A stretch of 64,000 nt of DNA from Perkinsela sp. CCAP 1560/9 (taxonomy: Eukaryota; Protista; Euglenozoa: Kinetoplastea), in contig CBFFSA010000001.1 of the NCBI GenBank assembly GCA_965644495.1, positions 62,001 through 126,000 of the forward strand. The letters run 5' to 3'. Below are positions 54,263-64,000 of the stretch, piece by piece; within the stretch, counting starts at the first letter, position 1; the number at the start of each line of letters is the position of its first letter. The notes under the pieces are model-generated. The model saw nothing but the letters and a program-made list of their open reading frames with translations. It did not search any database and was not told the origin of the DNA. Made by a program: the position numbers and the translations under genes.

Positions 54263-54623
54263 AGAGCGGTTACTGCTTGACCGTATTATCACTATTTTTA
54301 CAATTTACTGAGCCCTACTCCAAAATGTCACCATTTTAGTGTGGAATGAAGTGTTGCGGAGTGAATTATCGTGGTCTTCGTGCAAGGAGAACCTGCTACG
54401 ATCGGCATGGGCGTAATTTTGTACGTAAGCAAATGATTTTGTAACGTTGGTTGACTTTAAAGAGAACTAAATATTTTATGTAATACTAACTAAAGACTTC
54501 TACGAATCACCTGTTTTTTTTTTCTGTGTAGAAAAATATAATTAACGTTTCACTTATTTTTTATTGCAACCGGGTAGTTTCATCAGTAATATCAGTCTGA
54601 CTTTTATCTGTCTGTTACAAACA

Positions 54624-55916
54624 ATGAGCATCACGGCGTTCTTTATTCTTTCTTCCAGAAGAGAGATATTGCTTTCGAGGGTATTTGACGCGAGGTGTGG
54701 TCTCCAGCAGGCCTTGGAAGCCTTTCAATCTGAAATCGCCCTCCAAAAACAAGACAAATTGGCGATTGTCGGAGTAGGGGAACATGCCGTAATAAGTGTT
54801 GTATACAACAACATTTACCTTGTTGCGTTCACTTCCTACACGACATCCACTGTTGGTGTGCTACATTTTCTACATAAATTTAAAGCAACATGTGAAACTA
54901 TTCTCGGAAACTTTTGTGAAGAGTTGCTTAGAGAGAATGTGGTTCTCATTCAGTCAATAATTAGTGAAGCAGTTCCCTTGGGTCATATTCAATTTACCGA
55001 GGCTAGCGCTCTCAAAGATATTGCCTCGCATGTCGGTACGGAGCATACACTCACGAGGAGCGCTGAACAGGAGATCACGACCCGAGTGAGCGGTGTAGTT
55101 CCATGGAGAAGATCCGGTGTAACGCATAAAAAGAATGAAGTGTACATTGACGTGGTAGAAAGATTTAATTTTCACGTGACAAACTCAGGAGAAATTCTTC
55201 AGTGTGATGTTGTGGGCAATGTTTCGCTCAAGACTTCTCTCAGCGGGATGCCCGAGTGTGTTCTGGGCATTAATGACATCGGACCACAAAATATCCCATC
55301 ACGAGCCAATAAGCGCTCTCACGTGTTTCTGTCTGCGGTATTCTTCCACTCTTGCGTCTCACTGGCCCAGTACCACTCTGATCGAACCATTTGTTTTACC
55401 CCTCCCGAGGGGGAAACAACCTTAATGCAGTACCGTGTCTGCCAAAACCTTACCCTACCCTTTCTCATCGTGTCCTCTCTGCGAAAGGAACTGAGCACGA
55501 CGCGACAGGAGGTGGAGTTTAACCTCCGTGCGGCGTTTGACCGGTCTCTGTATGCCTCCCATGTGACGGTCCACGTACCGTGCCCTACCAACACATCAAG
55601 TGTCACCGTACATGTCAGCAGCGGTAAGGCAAAGTACGATCCCTCGAAATGTGGTATCCGGTGGCAACTCTCCAAAGTACGAGGTGGGTCGGAGGCGCGT
55701 TTCGCGGCAGAGATCACACAGCTGCTGAAAACCTCTGATCACCACGGTACGGAGTCCAGCCATCTTCCGATATTGATTGAATTTGAGATCCCACTGCTTT
55801 CGCCGAGTGGTTTCCAAGTTCGATTTTTGAAAGTTCACGAGCCGCAGATGAAATATGACGCCACAAAAATGGTGCGGTATATCGCACGAGCTGGTCAGTG
55901 TGAATATGGACTCTAG
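54624..55916 (+). CDS. Adaptor complex mu subunit (AP-2 mu-like)
   Basis: PWRR..KKNEVYIDVVE, LSGMPECVLGIND, FHSCV, FTPPEGE..LMQYR, GKAKY, SGFQVRFLKV. Confidence 0.9.
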   Translation: MSITAFFILSSRREILLSRVFDARCGLQQALEAFQSEIALQKQDKLAIVGVGEHAVISVVYNNIYLVAFTSYTTSTVGVLHFLHKFKATCETILGNFCEELLRENVVLIQSIISEAVPLGHIQFTEASALKDIASHVGTEHTLTRSAEQEITTRVSGVVPWRRSGVTHKKNEVYIDVVERFNFHVTNSGEILQCDVVGNVSLKTSLSGMPECVLGINDIGPQNIPSRANKRSHVFLSAVFFHSCVSLAQYHSDRTICFTPPEGETTLMQYRVCQNLTLPFLIVSSLRKELSTTRQEVEFNLRAAFDRSLYASHVTVHVPCPTNTSSVTVHVSSGKAKYDPSKCGIRWQLSKVRGGSEARFAAEITQLLKTSDHHGTESSHLPILIEFEIPLLSPSGFQVRFLKVHEPQMKYDATKMVRYIARAGQCEYGL

Positions 55917-56063
55917 AACACACCCGATTTTACTATTCGTCGCTATATGCATACTCATCTAATGTCGCAATGTTCATACTCATGTAAAATACAGATTCAA
56001 GAATCTATTTGCTTTTGCTACTGATTTTAGTTCAGTTAGACTAGTAATTCGTGAGGGCATATA

Positions 56064-56852
56064 CAGTGGTTTCAGTTGATCTTGCCCCCCCCCCTCGGAA
56101 TTTTGATTTTTTTTATCCATTTTTGCTCATCTTTGCAGCATTGGAGAGATCTCGTTCCCCTAGCGAAGAGCTTTGCCGCCTTTTTTTCATAGAGACCGCC
56201 TGGTGCCCCCTGGGTCCGAAAAACACTGTTTTTTGGACGTTTTCTGTGTACACAACCATTTTTTGTCACATTTTCTCGATTTTTTGTACATTTTGAACAC
56301 GTAAGTACGAATAATAGTGTTCTAAATTGATAATTTGAAAGCTCTATGTCTATTACCATCCCTATCGCCTAATTTAATATAGTCAACACCTCTACATTAT
56401 GCAGACCAGACCCTCTAACCCCAAACAGGGGGAGTCCGTACAAGGATGGAATGACAAAAGAGAAGACAATCCCCCAATAGCTTTTCAGATTCTAAAACGT
56501 CCTCAAGAAAAACGTAAAGTGTGCAACACAATTGATTCAGTCCCTAATAGACTTCAAAAAATGTTGCAAAACAATGGAGGCCATTCCGGATACTAGTTTT
56601 TTTCCTTCAGAGTTAACTTTTGGACATAAAATCCGTTTTTTGTTCCATTTTTGATACGGTAAAAAAATGCCATTATTTTTTATTTTGGTCAACTTTCGGG
56701 TCACCCAGGGGGCACCAGGGGGTCTCTATGAAAAAAAGGCGGCAATGCTCTTCGCTAGGGGAACGAGATCTCTCCAATGCTGCAAAGATGATCAAAAATG
56801 GATAAAAAAAATCAAAATTCCGAGGGGGGGGCAAGATCAACTGAAACCACTG
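56064..56852 (+). mobile_element. Tc1 deletion derivative with about 150-bp TIRs and TA TSD
   Basis: TA|CAGTGGTTTCAGTTGATCTTGCCCC ... GGGGCAAGATCAACTGAAACCACTG|TA. Internal transposase tail SVPNRLQKMLQNNGGHSGY*. Confidence 0.93.
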
Positions 56853-56893
56853 TATTACATAAATCAGTTTCATTTGTACCAAAAACAAAACAC

Positions 56894-57895
56894 ATGCGAT
56901 GCGCCCCGAAACTTATTGGAGAGCTTAGGAAGGGTGATTGTGGACGGATCGCAGTAGTAGGAGGTAGTGAAGATTATTCTGGTGCACCCTATTTCGCTTC
57001 GATGGCCGCTCTAAAATTGGGATGCGATATTGCTCGTATATTTACGGAATCTGCTACCTCCGCTCTTCCCATAAAATGTTACTCTCCTGACCTTATAGTA
57101 TCGTTTCCATACGAAAAAATATTATCAAATAAATTCAGTCATCACTGCGTTATTATTGGTCCTGGACTTGGAAACCGAACAGAAAACGAAAAGAAAATAC
57201 TAACGGAAATCATTGCCAAATGTGTTGAACTTAAGCAACCATTGATATTGGACGCTGAGGCACTGGAACTTGTTCCACGAGTCTTGAACCACCTTCAGGG
57301 CTATCGCATAGCCGTTCTGACACCGAATGAGCGAGAATTTCATAAACTCTGTGCCCAGTTTCATATCCAAAGTAAGGGTGCAGATGTGCAATCTCTGCAA
57401 AAACATGCTGAGCAGCTTGCCTCTTTTTTGGGCGGCCCTGTTGTGCTTGTAAAAGGTCGCGAAGACATCATCGTGAAGCCGCCGTGCAAGGGAACGTCAG
57501 GTTGCCTGGAGGAAACGAATGCAAGTCCAGCTCGAACGTTTCGGCCGGTATGTCCGCGCCGGGTTGGCGGGCAAGGCGATCTACTCTGTGGGGTCATCGG
57601 TGGACTCTTGACTTGGTGCAACATCCGTGATTTTCGAATGCCACAGAGTTTGTCACAAGCTTTGTCCCCGAAAGAGGATGTCTCTATTGACAAAAAGAAC
57701 TTTCAAGTAAACTCGTCTTATGAGAATTCGGAAGATATACACGAAGACATATCGGGTTGCGTAGCCCACGCCGTACACGTGGGATGCCACATTGTTCGAT
57801 GTGCAGGAGCACAAGCTTACGAAAAATGTGGTAGAGGAATGCTTTCTTCGAATATATTGGAAAACATTTCGTTCTCGAACGCCCAATCCTACTAA
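56894..57895 (+). CDS. NAXD: ATP/ADP-dependent NAD(P)HX dehydratase
   Basis: KGDCGRIAVVGGSEDYSGAPYF, GPGLG, LDAEAL, LTPNEREF, RRVGGQGDLLCG. Confidence 0.92.
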   Translation: MRCAPKLIGELRKGDCGRIAVVGGSEDYSGAPYFASMAALKLGCDIARIFTESATSALPIKCYSPDLIVSFPYEKILSNKFSHHCVIIGPGLGNRTENEKKILTEIIAKCVELKQPLILDAEALELVPRVLNHLQGYRIAVLTPNEREFHKLCAQFHIQSKGADVQSLQKHAEQLASFLGGPVVLVKGREDIIVKPPCKGTSGCLEETNASPARTFRPVCPRRVGGQGDLLCGVIGGLLTWCNIRDFRMPQSLSQALSPKEDVSIDKKNFQVNSSYENSEDIHEDISGCVAHAVHVGCHIVRCAGAQAYEKCGRGMLSSNILENISFSNAQSY

Positions 57896-58342
57896 CACGT
57901 ACTGTACACATTCACAATTTATGGTAAACAAACAACCTCACTTTCCAAGCGATTTTTGTACTGTGCAAGCATAGATCTTTCCCTTTTGTTGAGGTGCTGT
58001 ATGGACAGAAATATTTTATGTAGATGTTCGTAGAGCGAGCGAATGCGCAACTCATGGCACCTGCGTGTATCGTATGGGTAATCTCAGTGCGTGAATGCGC
58101 CCACATTCTTTTTTGTTTTGTATCAAGATCCGAAAATATATCTATCCGAAAATATATCTAGTACGCTACGAAAATTAAGGAAAGTTTTCAACAAGAATTT
58201 TCAACACAAAAATGGTTGCCTCAGCCATTTTATCATGGCAATCGGGGTAGCCATTCAGAAGGGGAACTCCCAGATAGCGCATGTCGGTACAAAATTGGTA
58301 CCCGAGGGGCGTGCGCTAATGGGTTCAGGGGATTATAAAAAA

Positions 58343-59237
58343 ACGGGGTGGGGGCAGAGGTCCATATCGTTGGACTGGTGCGTCGTTTCCTCCTTCCCCC
58401 GCGTCAGTCGCCCTCTCTCCGTGCTCTTCCCCCTCGGCGTGACGGCGTCTTTGCGTTTGACCTCCACGCCTCCCACCCTCGTACGGCAACCAAAAGTATT
58501 TATTGCTGCTAACGGGGTGGGAGAGGAGGTGCTGGACCATACGGGCCTGGGTGCGTGCGGATCGGTGAGTGGGGTAGGGAGTGAGGGAAGGGAAGCACGA
58601 GAGGGCTAAGGGGAGTAGGTGTGGAAAGTATGGGGAGTAAGGGAATGTGAAGGGCTGTTAGTGTGGAAATTGTGGAAAAGTTGGACTCAATACATAAAAA
58701 GTTAGACTCAATACTATTTCCCCCCAATTATTTGCAAAACAAAAACGATAAAGATACAGTTTGACGATAAAGATACAGTTTCTGTACCTTGTTCAATTAT
58801 TTCCCCTTTTCTTCCCTACAAGATCTTCTCCACCATGGGAGGGCACCCCCCTCAAACACTCTCTGTCTGGTCGACATCCCCCCATCATCCCCCGTCCCAT
58901 CATTCCTCTGCACCGCATCCCCCCACCCCATCCTTCCTCCACAGTGCGCTTGTCCCTCTGTGTTTCTCTCTTGCGTCCCCCACCCGCGTGCCAGCAGCCC
59001 AAAGTATTATATACTTGCTCACGGGGTGGGGGCAGAGGTCCTGGCAGATGGGCTCGTGCGTCGCCTCCTCTTGCCCTCGCGTCTGTCGCCCCGTTTCTCT
59101 CTCCGCGCTCCTCCCCCTCGGCGTGACGGCGTCATTGCGTTTTGCGACCTTCAAGTCTCCCACCCTCGTACAGCAACCTAATGTGTTGGAAAGTTGGAAA
59201 TGTAGATAAAAAAGTTAGACTCAATACTATTCCCCCC
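58343..59237. repeat. Degenerate direct repeats flanking an SL-like motif
   Basis: 58343-58491 matches 59021-59178. AAAAAGTTAGACTCAATACTATT occurs at about 58696 and about 59210. Confidence 0.75.
58745..58787 (+). ncRNA. Spliced-leader (mini-exon)-like relic with 18-bp partial duplication
   Basis: ACGATAAAGATACAGTTT-G-ACGATAAAGATACAGTTTCTGTAC contains the kinetoplastid SL core ACAGTTTCTGTAC. The TTG/GT donor junction is missing. Confidence 0.55.
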
Positions 59238-59950
59238 TATATAAAAAATTCATAAGCTTTTCAGATACAAAGAGACATACAGGGGGGGCACGAAAATATG
59301 GGCAAGGGCACGAAAATACACATGTATGCACGTAAAAAACCAATTGTTTACGTGTTGTTTTGGCAGAATTGCGACACTTTACATCGGGCTCGACCGGGCC
59401 ACAGATTCTTGGAGCTCATCTGCTCTTGCTATTTTGTTTGCTTCCCTTTTTCTCTTTCTATTTTTGTTGTTTCGAAGTCCGGTCTTTCTCGGGAACGGGG
59501 TGACGGAAGGTTCCCGTGGTTAAGTGGGGAGATAGATCAACGGAGTTGGTCGGCAGATTTGCCGTACTCTTGTGAGGAGGGTGATCGGAGGGGAGAGGAA
59601 CTTTGATAAATTCGCGAGAGGGTTGAAGGGGGTTGAGGAGCGTAGTTGTGTATCACGCCTGCCCGTAGTCTGCTGCTTCCTCGGAGTACCATCGAATATA
59701 AAGTAGTTCCAAGTAGCTTGGAAATGTTAAAAACGCAACTAAATGCAATGAACCGACAAAAAAATCTAAAACAAAAAATATCTGGCAGGGCTTCGCACCG
59801 CAGGTAGCCCGAGGCTCCGTCAAAAAGGACTCTTGAGTACGTGGGGTACAGTATACAGTGTATGAAAGTATGATGAAGGCCCAACTATAAATCTTTATTT
59901 AGATATACATTTAGATTCACTATACTTGTATAATTGGGTTATTTGTGCCT

Positions 59951-60820
59951 ATGCGACCAATATGTATAGTGTGTTGGAGCGAATGTGATTCTAATGCTCT
60001 GTACACCAGTTGCCAGCACTTCATCTGCGTTCGTTGCGCCATGAAAGTCCCCCAACACCAATGTCCTAGATGTAAAAAAACCTGTCAAGTAGTTCGTCTC
60101 GGCGCTCCGAATTTTCCATCTGATGTTAAAAATTACATCATGGGAGATCCCATGAAGCTCTTACAACAAGCAGTACGCGTTCTAGAATTTCAGCAACGAC
60201 AGGACAGGGAGTGTTGTGGTCGGGTAAAAGAGCTCTTGAGCTACCTAAACACCGCTTTACAGAAGACGGTAGCGCACCATGATGTGACAAAAAAGGAACT
60301 TGCCTCCTGTGAAGCCGAGAAAAATAATATTTCTTACATGCTCGAAGAGCAAAAGAAAAAGGTGCACCTTCTCCAGGAGCGTATTGAGGCTCACACTTCT
60401 GCCCAGAACACAAAGTATTTTCCTCCCAAAGGAATTATAGCACGCAATTCAGCGAACATTTCAACACCCCGTAAAGCCACCATGGCTTATGTAGCCAATT
60501 CTACTATAAACCCGAACGCCCCACTTTTTCCCGGAGTGCGTCATGAGATGAGTAACTTAGGACCTCCCAACTCATCTCTCTACGATACGAGCAGAAATCC
60601 TTCACCTAATCCTGCACCATCTAACTTAACGCGTGCAGGGGGGATGGCATGGCGAACACCCTTGCAGGATAACCTTTCCCATTCTCGTCCATCACCTTCG
60701 ATTTCCGCCGTGCGAACCTTACCAAGTCTCCTACCAAACAATCTGCAGCATGTGCCATCGTCTCCAATGCATAATGGTCCCCCGCCTTCAAGACCCACGA
60801 ATCAATTATTCGCGTCATAA
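59951..60820 (+). CDS. RNF212/Zip3/ZHP-3-like RING + coiled-coil protein
   Basis: CIVC..TSCQHFICVRC..CPRCKKTC..VKNYI..RVLEFQQRQ, then coiled coil and S/P-rich tail. Confidence 0.75.
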   Translation: MRPICIVCWSECDSNALYTSCQHFICVRCAMKVPQHQCPRCKKTCQVVRLGAPNFPSDVKNYIMGDPMKLLQQAVRVLEFQQRQDRECCGRVKELLSYLNTALQKTVAHHDVTKKELASCEAEKNNISYMLEEQKKKVHLLQERIEAHTSAQNTKYFPPKGIIARNSANISTPRKATMAYVANSTINPNAPLFPGVRHEMSNLGPPNSSLYDTSRNPSPNPAPSNLTRAGGMAWRTPLQDNLSHSRPSPSISAVRTLPSLLPNNLQHVPSSPMHNGPPPSRPTNQLFAS

Positions 60821-61867
60821 TAGTTTCATTGATTTCATCACCATTATAATCGCTTAGCCCTATCATTTTTCTCATTGTTACCTTGGTCACATTCAACAAG
60901 ATGTTTTATTTGTTTCATGAAAGAGATATTTATTGCCTTCAAAGAACGAGCCTCATATATTTTTGCCTAAATAAGGGAACGATAATATTTAACTGTAAGA
61001 GTCGTTTTCCGAAATTTTATTGCTAGACTTGCCGGCGCTGAGCATTAGGAGCTCTTCCTTCTTGAAGGTTATAGCACACGATAAGACAAAGAATGTAAAA
61101 CACACTGCTTTTAGAATACAACAAGGAAAGTTTGAACTTGCCTGATTTCTACATTATTTTGACGTGTTTTTATGCATTTTTCTCGCTGTGTTCAAAAATG
61201 ATTTTTGTAACGGAACATACTCACCCCTCCATAAGTAATTATAAATACGCCTTGAACTCGCACTTTTACTCCCTTATGACTTATAATTCCTATGTCTTTC
61301 ATAAGTAATTATAAATGCAACTTCGACCGATTCGATCGGTATTTTTTTTGTTTTAGGGAAAAAATCCTGTCACTACTTTCCTGTCACTACTTAATGGACC
61401 TCATGCGTACTGCCACTGCAAGCCAGTGACAACTTGTGCAAGCCACAACGGCTATTTTTCTAGTGGACTTTACTTCGGTTGTTGTTAGACCATCAAAAAG
61501 GTGGGTTGAGAAAAAAGTTCTCTGGTTTCGCTCCATTTTCGAAATGAGTGAAAGTGACCGAGAGCACGCTCTGGATGAAACTCTTAAGTTCAGTGAACTC
61601 GTTTTTGAGCACGAATGCGTTCTACGTCAAACAATTATAGGCACTCTAGAAACTCACTTTGGCAAAGTGATCGACAATATACGTTCCGAAGAATAACTAG
61701 AACACACATGCCTCATGAGCTTGATAACCTTACTGACGTAGGATTAGAACGATTATCTATTTGAAGCGCTTATTTGTGAAATTGTGATGGCAAGTATCTA
61801 AGATAACAACTTTTACTCCCCTCCAGGTTCACCGGTTTCACATCCATAAGTAATTATAATTATAATT

Positions 61868-63552
61868 CAAGGGTCCGAATAACTATAGAACTTTATTATA
61901 GGTACTTTAAAGTAACTATATTTATTTTTCCCTACCTTTATCTACCTTTATTGTTTTGTCAATGATTTACGCTGTAATCGTACTATTTTTGTGAAATTTT
62001 TCAATACCTAGACGCTCAGACAGCAACCCAGAAAGTCGCGCTGAATTTGTTGAGTCTCACTATAAGGAGGTGGAGGCTGGAAAGCGGGTATACAAGCGGG
62101 TGTATGAATGTCAACTCTGCAATGCACCGGACAAGCGGAAATTTTTTTGCGAAAAAGGTATTCGCACGTCATACTCTTCTGCCCTGAGCCATATAGAAAA
62201 GATTCATAAAAAAACATTCGAAGCATGGCTGCAGGAGAAGCGAGCCAGAAAGCGCGAGACGGAAAATACTGTTGACAGATTGATGTCAAGTCCAATAAAG
62301 CTTTCGAAGGTGTTCGAAAAGATAATCAAATGGAAGTGTGATCATGGAGTGTCGAAAGCGGCCATTCAGGATCCACTTTTCAAATGGTTGATGAACGTGG
62401 GTTCGTCCTTTGTACCTTGTGAGAAAACAATGAACAGTTTCACGCTCCAAGTAAAAGACAACTGCCGCGCTGAAATGAGCGCTCTCCTTCGTAATTTTGT
62501 AACAATTGCTGCAGACACTGGTACTTCCCATGGTCGAACAACGTGTTCAGTATGCGTTCTGAGTTCGGGAAATGCCACAAGCTGGAGTCTCGCGGACCTC
62601 TGCGGAAGAATTCAAAATAAAACAAACCGATACCGAGTTGTGCACCGAAATACGAGATACTATCATCCCAAGATGGGGACGTGTGAAATTAACGGTATTA
62701 AACAAATAAAGTGCAAAAGCTCGACTGCTGAGATGGCGCGTGAAATTGTGCTGGATGTGGCAGCAATTCACTCGGACTTTCGTCTAGAAAGTGCGCAGTA
62801 AAAAGAACGAGCCGTGGCAGAGCCTTCTTTGGTAAAAAACTATGTAACCTGAGATTTTGAGTCTGTGCGCATTTTTTTTCGTTTTATTTTTAGCTTCTGA
62901 CATTTTTGCATTCTGACTTTCGCCTAGAAAGCGAACAGTAAAATGAGCGAGCTGTGCGCAGAGCCTTCTTTGATTAAAATATTGTAACCTGAGATGTTGC
63001 GTTTCAATAAATTTCGTCACTCATCCATACAACAAGAGGTATACGTATATACCTGTTTTTAACCTTATCGTGAGCAAATAAATATGTATCTTTGCTTATG
63101 GTAAAATGCTGTTGTTTTAGATGACCAGTCAATAATAATAAATTTCTTACTCTTCCTTTTGATAACATTGACTAATCTCTTCTTACACCTTCTCTATACT
63201 TTTGATGCGCATGGCTTGTCAACGATGATTAGAGCAGGCCTGGAACGCCTGAAGTGTTTTCCACATCTGATGCTGATGAAACTTGATCGTCATGTTCTGC
63301 CTGAAAACTATAGCTCTGCAAGATTTTTTCTATATATATTTTAGGTAAGCAGAAAAACCATTCCCTCCAACAAGGCATACTCTCCCCGATCCGAGCACCC
63401 AGATTGCACAGATTTCCCACCCGAATTTCACAAAAAGTCGACCTCTAAAAATATAGGTACATAAAGCTTTAAAGGTACTATAGGTATTTTATAGTAACTA
63501 TATTTATTTTTTCTACCTATATATAAACTATATAAAGTTATTCGGACCCCTG
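61868..63552 (+). mobile_element. hAT element, same family as 27456-29875
   Basis: CAAGGGTCCGAATAACT / AGTTATTCGGACCCCTG; flanks TTATAATT / CTATAATT; shared subterminal sequence. Confidence 0.88.
62070..62801 (+). pseudogene. Truncated hAT transposase (BED finger plus first catalytic Asp)
   Basis: CQLC..TSYSSALSHIEKIH; VTIAADTGT; C-terminal domains missing. Confidence 0.8.
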
Positions 63553-64000
63553 CTATAATTATAATTATAAATTCAAAGAAGTTATAATTTATACTTATAA
63601 TTACTTATGGAGGGGGGAGTACCTACAGTGTAGGCGAGATCATTTAGTAATGTGTATTGTAACTTCATTAAAGCCAAGTGTCTGTCTTGGTTGTATACCT
63701 TAGCTTTTATTTGCTAGTAAACAACGATAAAAAGAAGAGATAATAGTAAAAAAGAAGGGAGCAAGAATAATTACGCGCGTTATTTTTTTCTGCCTGTATA
63801 ATGAAGCGAGCTCGTTTATCTCACGGAACTTCTTCGATTCGAGCGAAGTCGAGGAAGCGGAGCAAAAATGAATTTGGGGATACAAAACTCATTGAAAACG
63901 AGAACAGCGTTAACAGCGGTTTGGTCTACAATAAGGGCCACGGTCAACATATTTTGAAGAATCCTTTAGTTTTACAAGCGATTGTGGATAAGGCGGGTAT

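Larger units (their letters stand above)
61220..63619. mobile_element. Mariner/Stowaway-like TIR element (TA-flanked) hosting a nested hAT
   Basis: TA|CTCACCCCTCCATAAGTAATTATAA versus TTATAATTACTTATGGAGGGGGGAG|TA (1 mismatch). Internal partial TIR repeats at about 61265 and about 61815. Confidence 0.75.

Noticed and set aside
61436-61696. Fanzor/TnpB or other cargo nuclease in the mariner-like element
   Set aside because: No RuvC or zinc-finger motifs seen; the ORF is short and unassignable.

Overview
Eukaryotic, intron-free, gene-dense sequence. All recognisable host genes lie on the + strand, as in one polycistronic unit. Gene content points to a kinetoplastid (Euglenozoa): phage-like mitochondrial DNA polymerase I paralogues, mitochondrial HslU, a trypanosome-type EF-1beta domain and a spliced-leader-like motif. 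The compaction and divergence would fit a Perkinsela-like lineage, but that is inference only. Host genes: pelota, Wss1/WLM protease, eIF5, a double-PHD protein, BRCA2 (21 near-identical BRC repeats), eL18, a CTL transporter, two tandem mitochondrial Pol I genes, BOP1/Erb1, an EF-1beta N-domain dimer, a helical-repeat+PIN protein, a DUF1279-like protein, NDOR1, HslU, an importin-7-like protein, a SURF6-like protein, a PA2G4-like protein, an AP mu subunit, NAXD and an RNF212-like protein. Intergenic islands (2.8-4.8, 25.9-32, 45.4-47, 56-56.9, 58.2-59.9 and 61.2-63.6 kb) hold nested Tc1/mariner, hAT, MITE and non-LTR retroelement remnants. The most notable signals are: recurring local C-rich to G-rich strand-skew switches inside genes; the BRC array with higher-order periodicity; a 512-bp gene-conversion tract between the Pol I exonuclease domains; a helical-repeat PIN nuclease; an SL-RNA-like relic; and structured-RNA and tRNA-like cassettes in mobile elements. 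All calls are by eye, with no database search.
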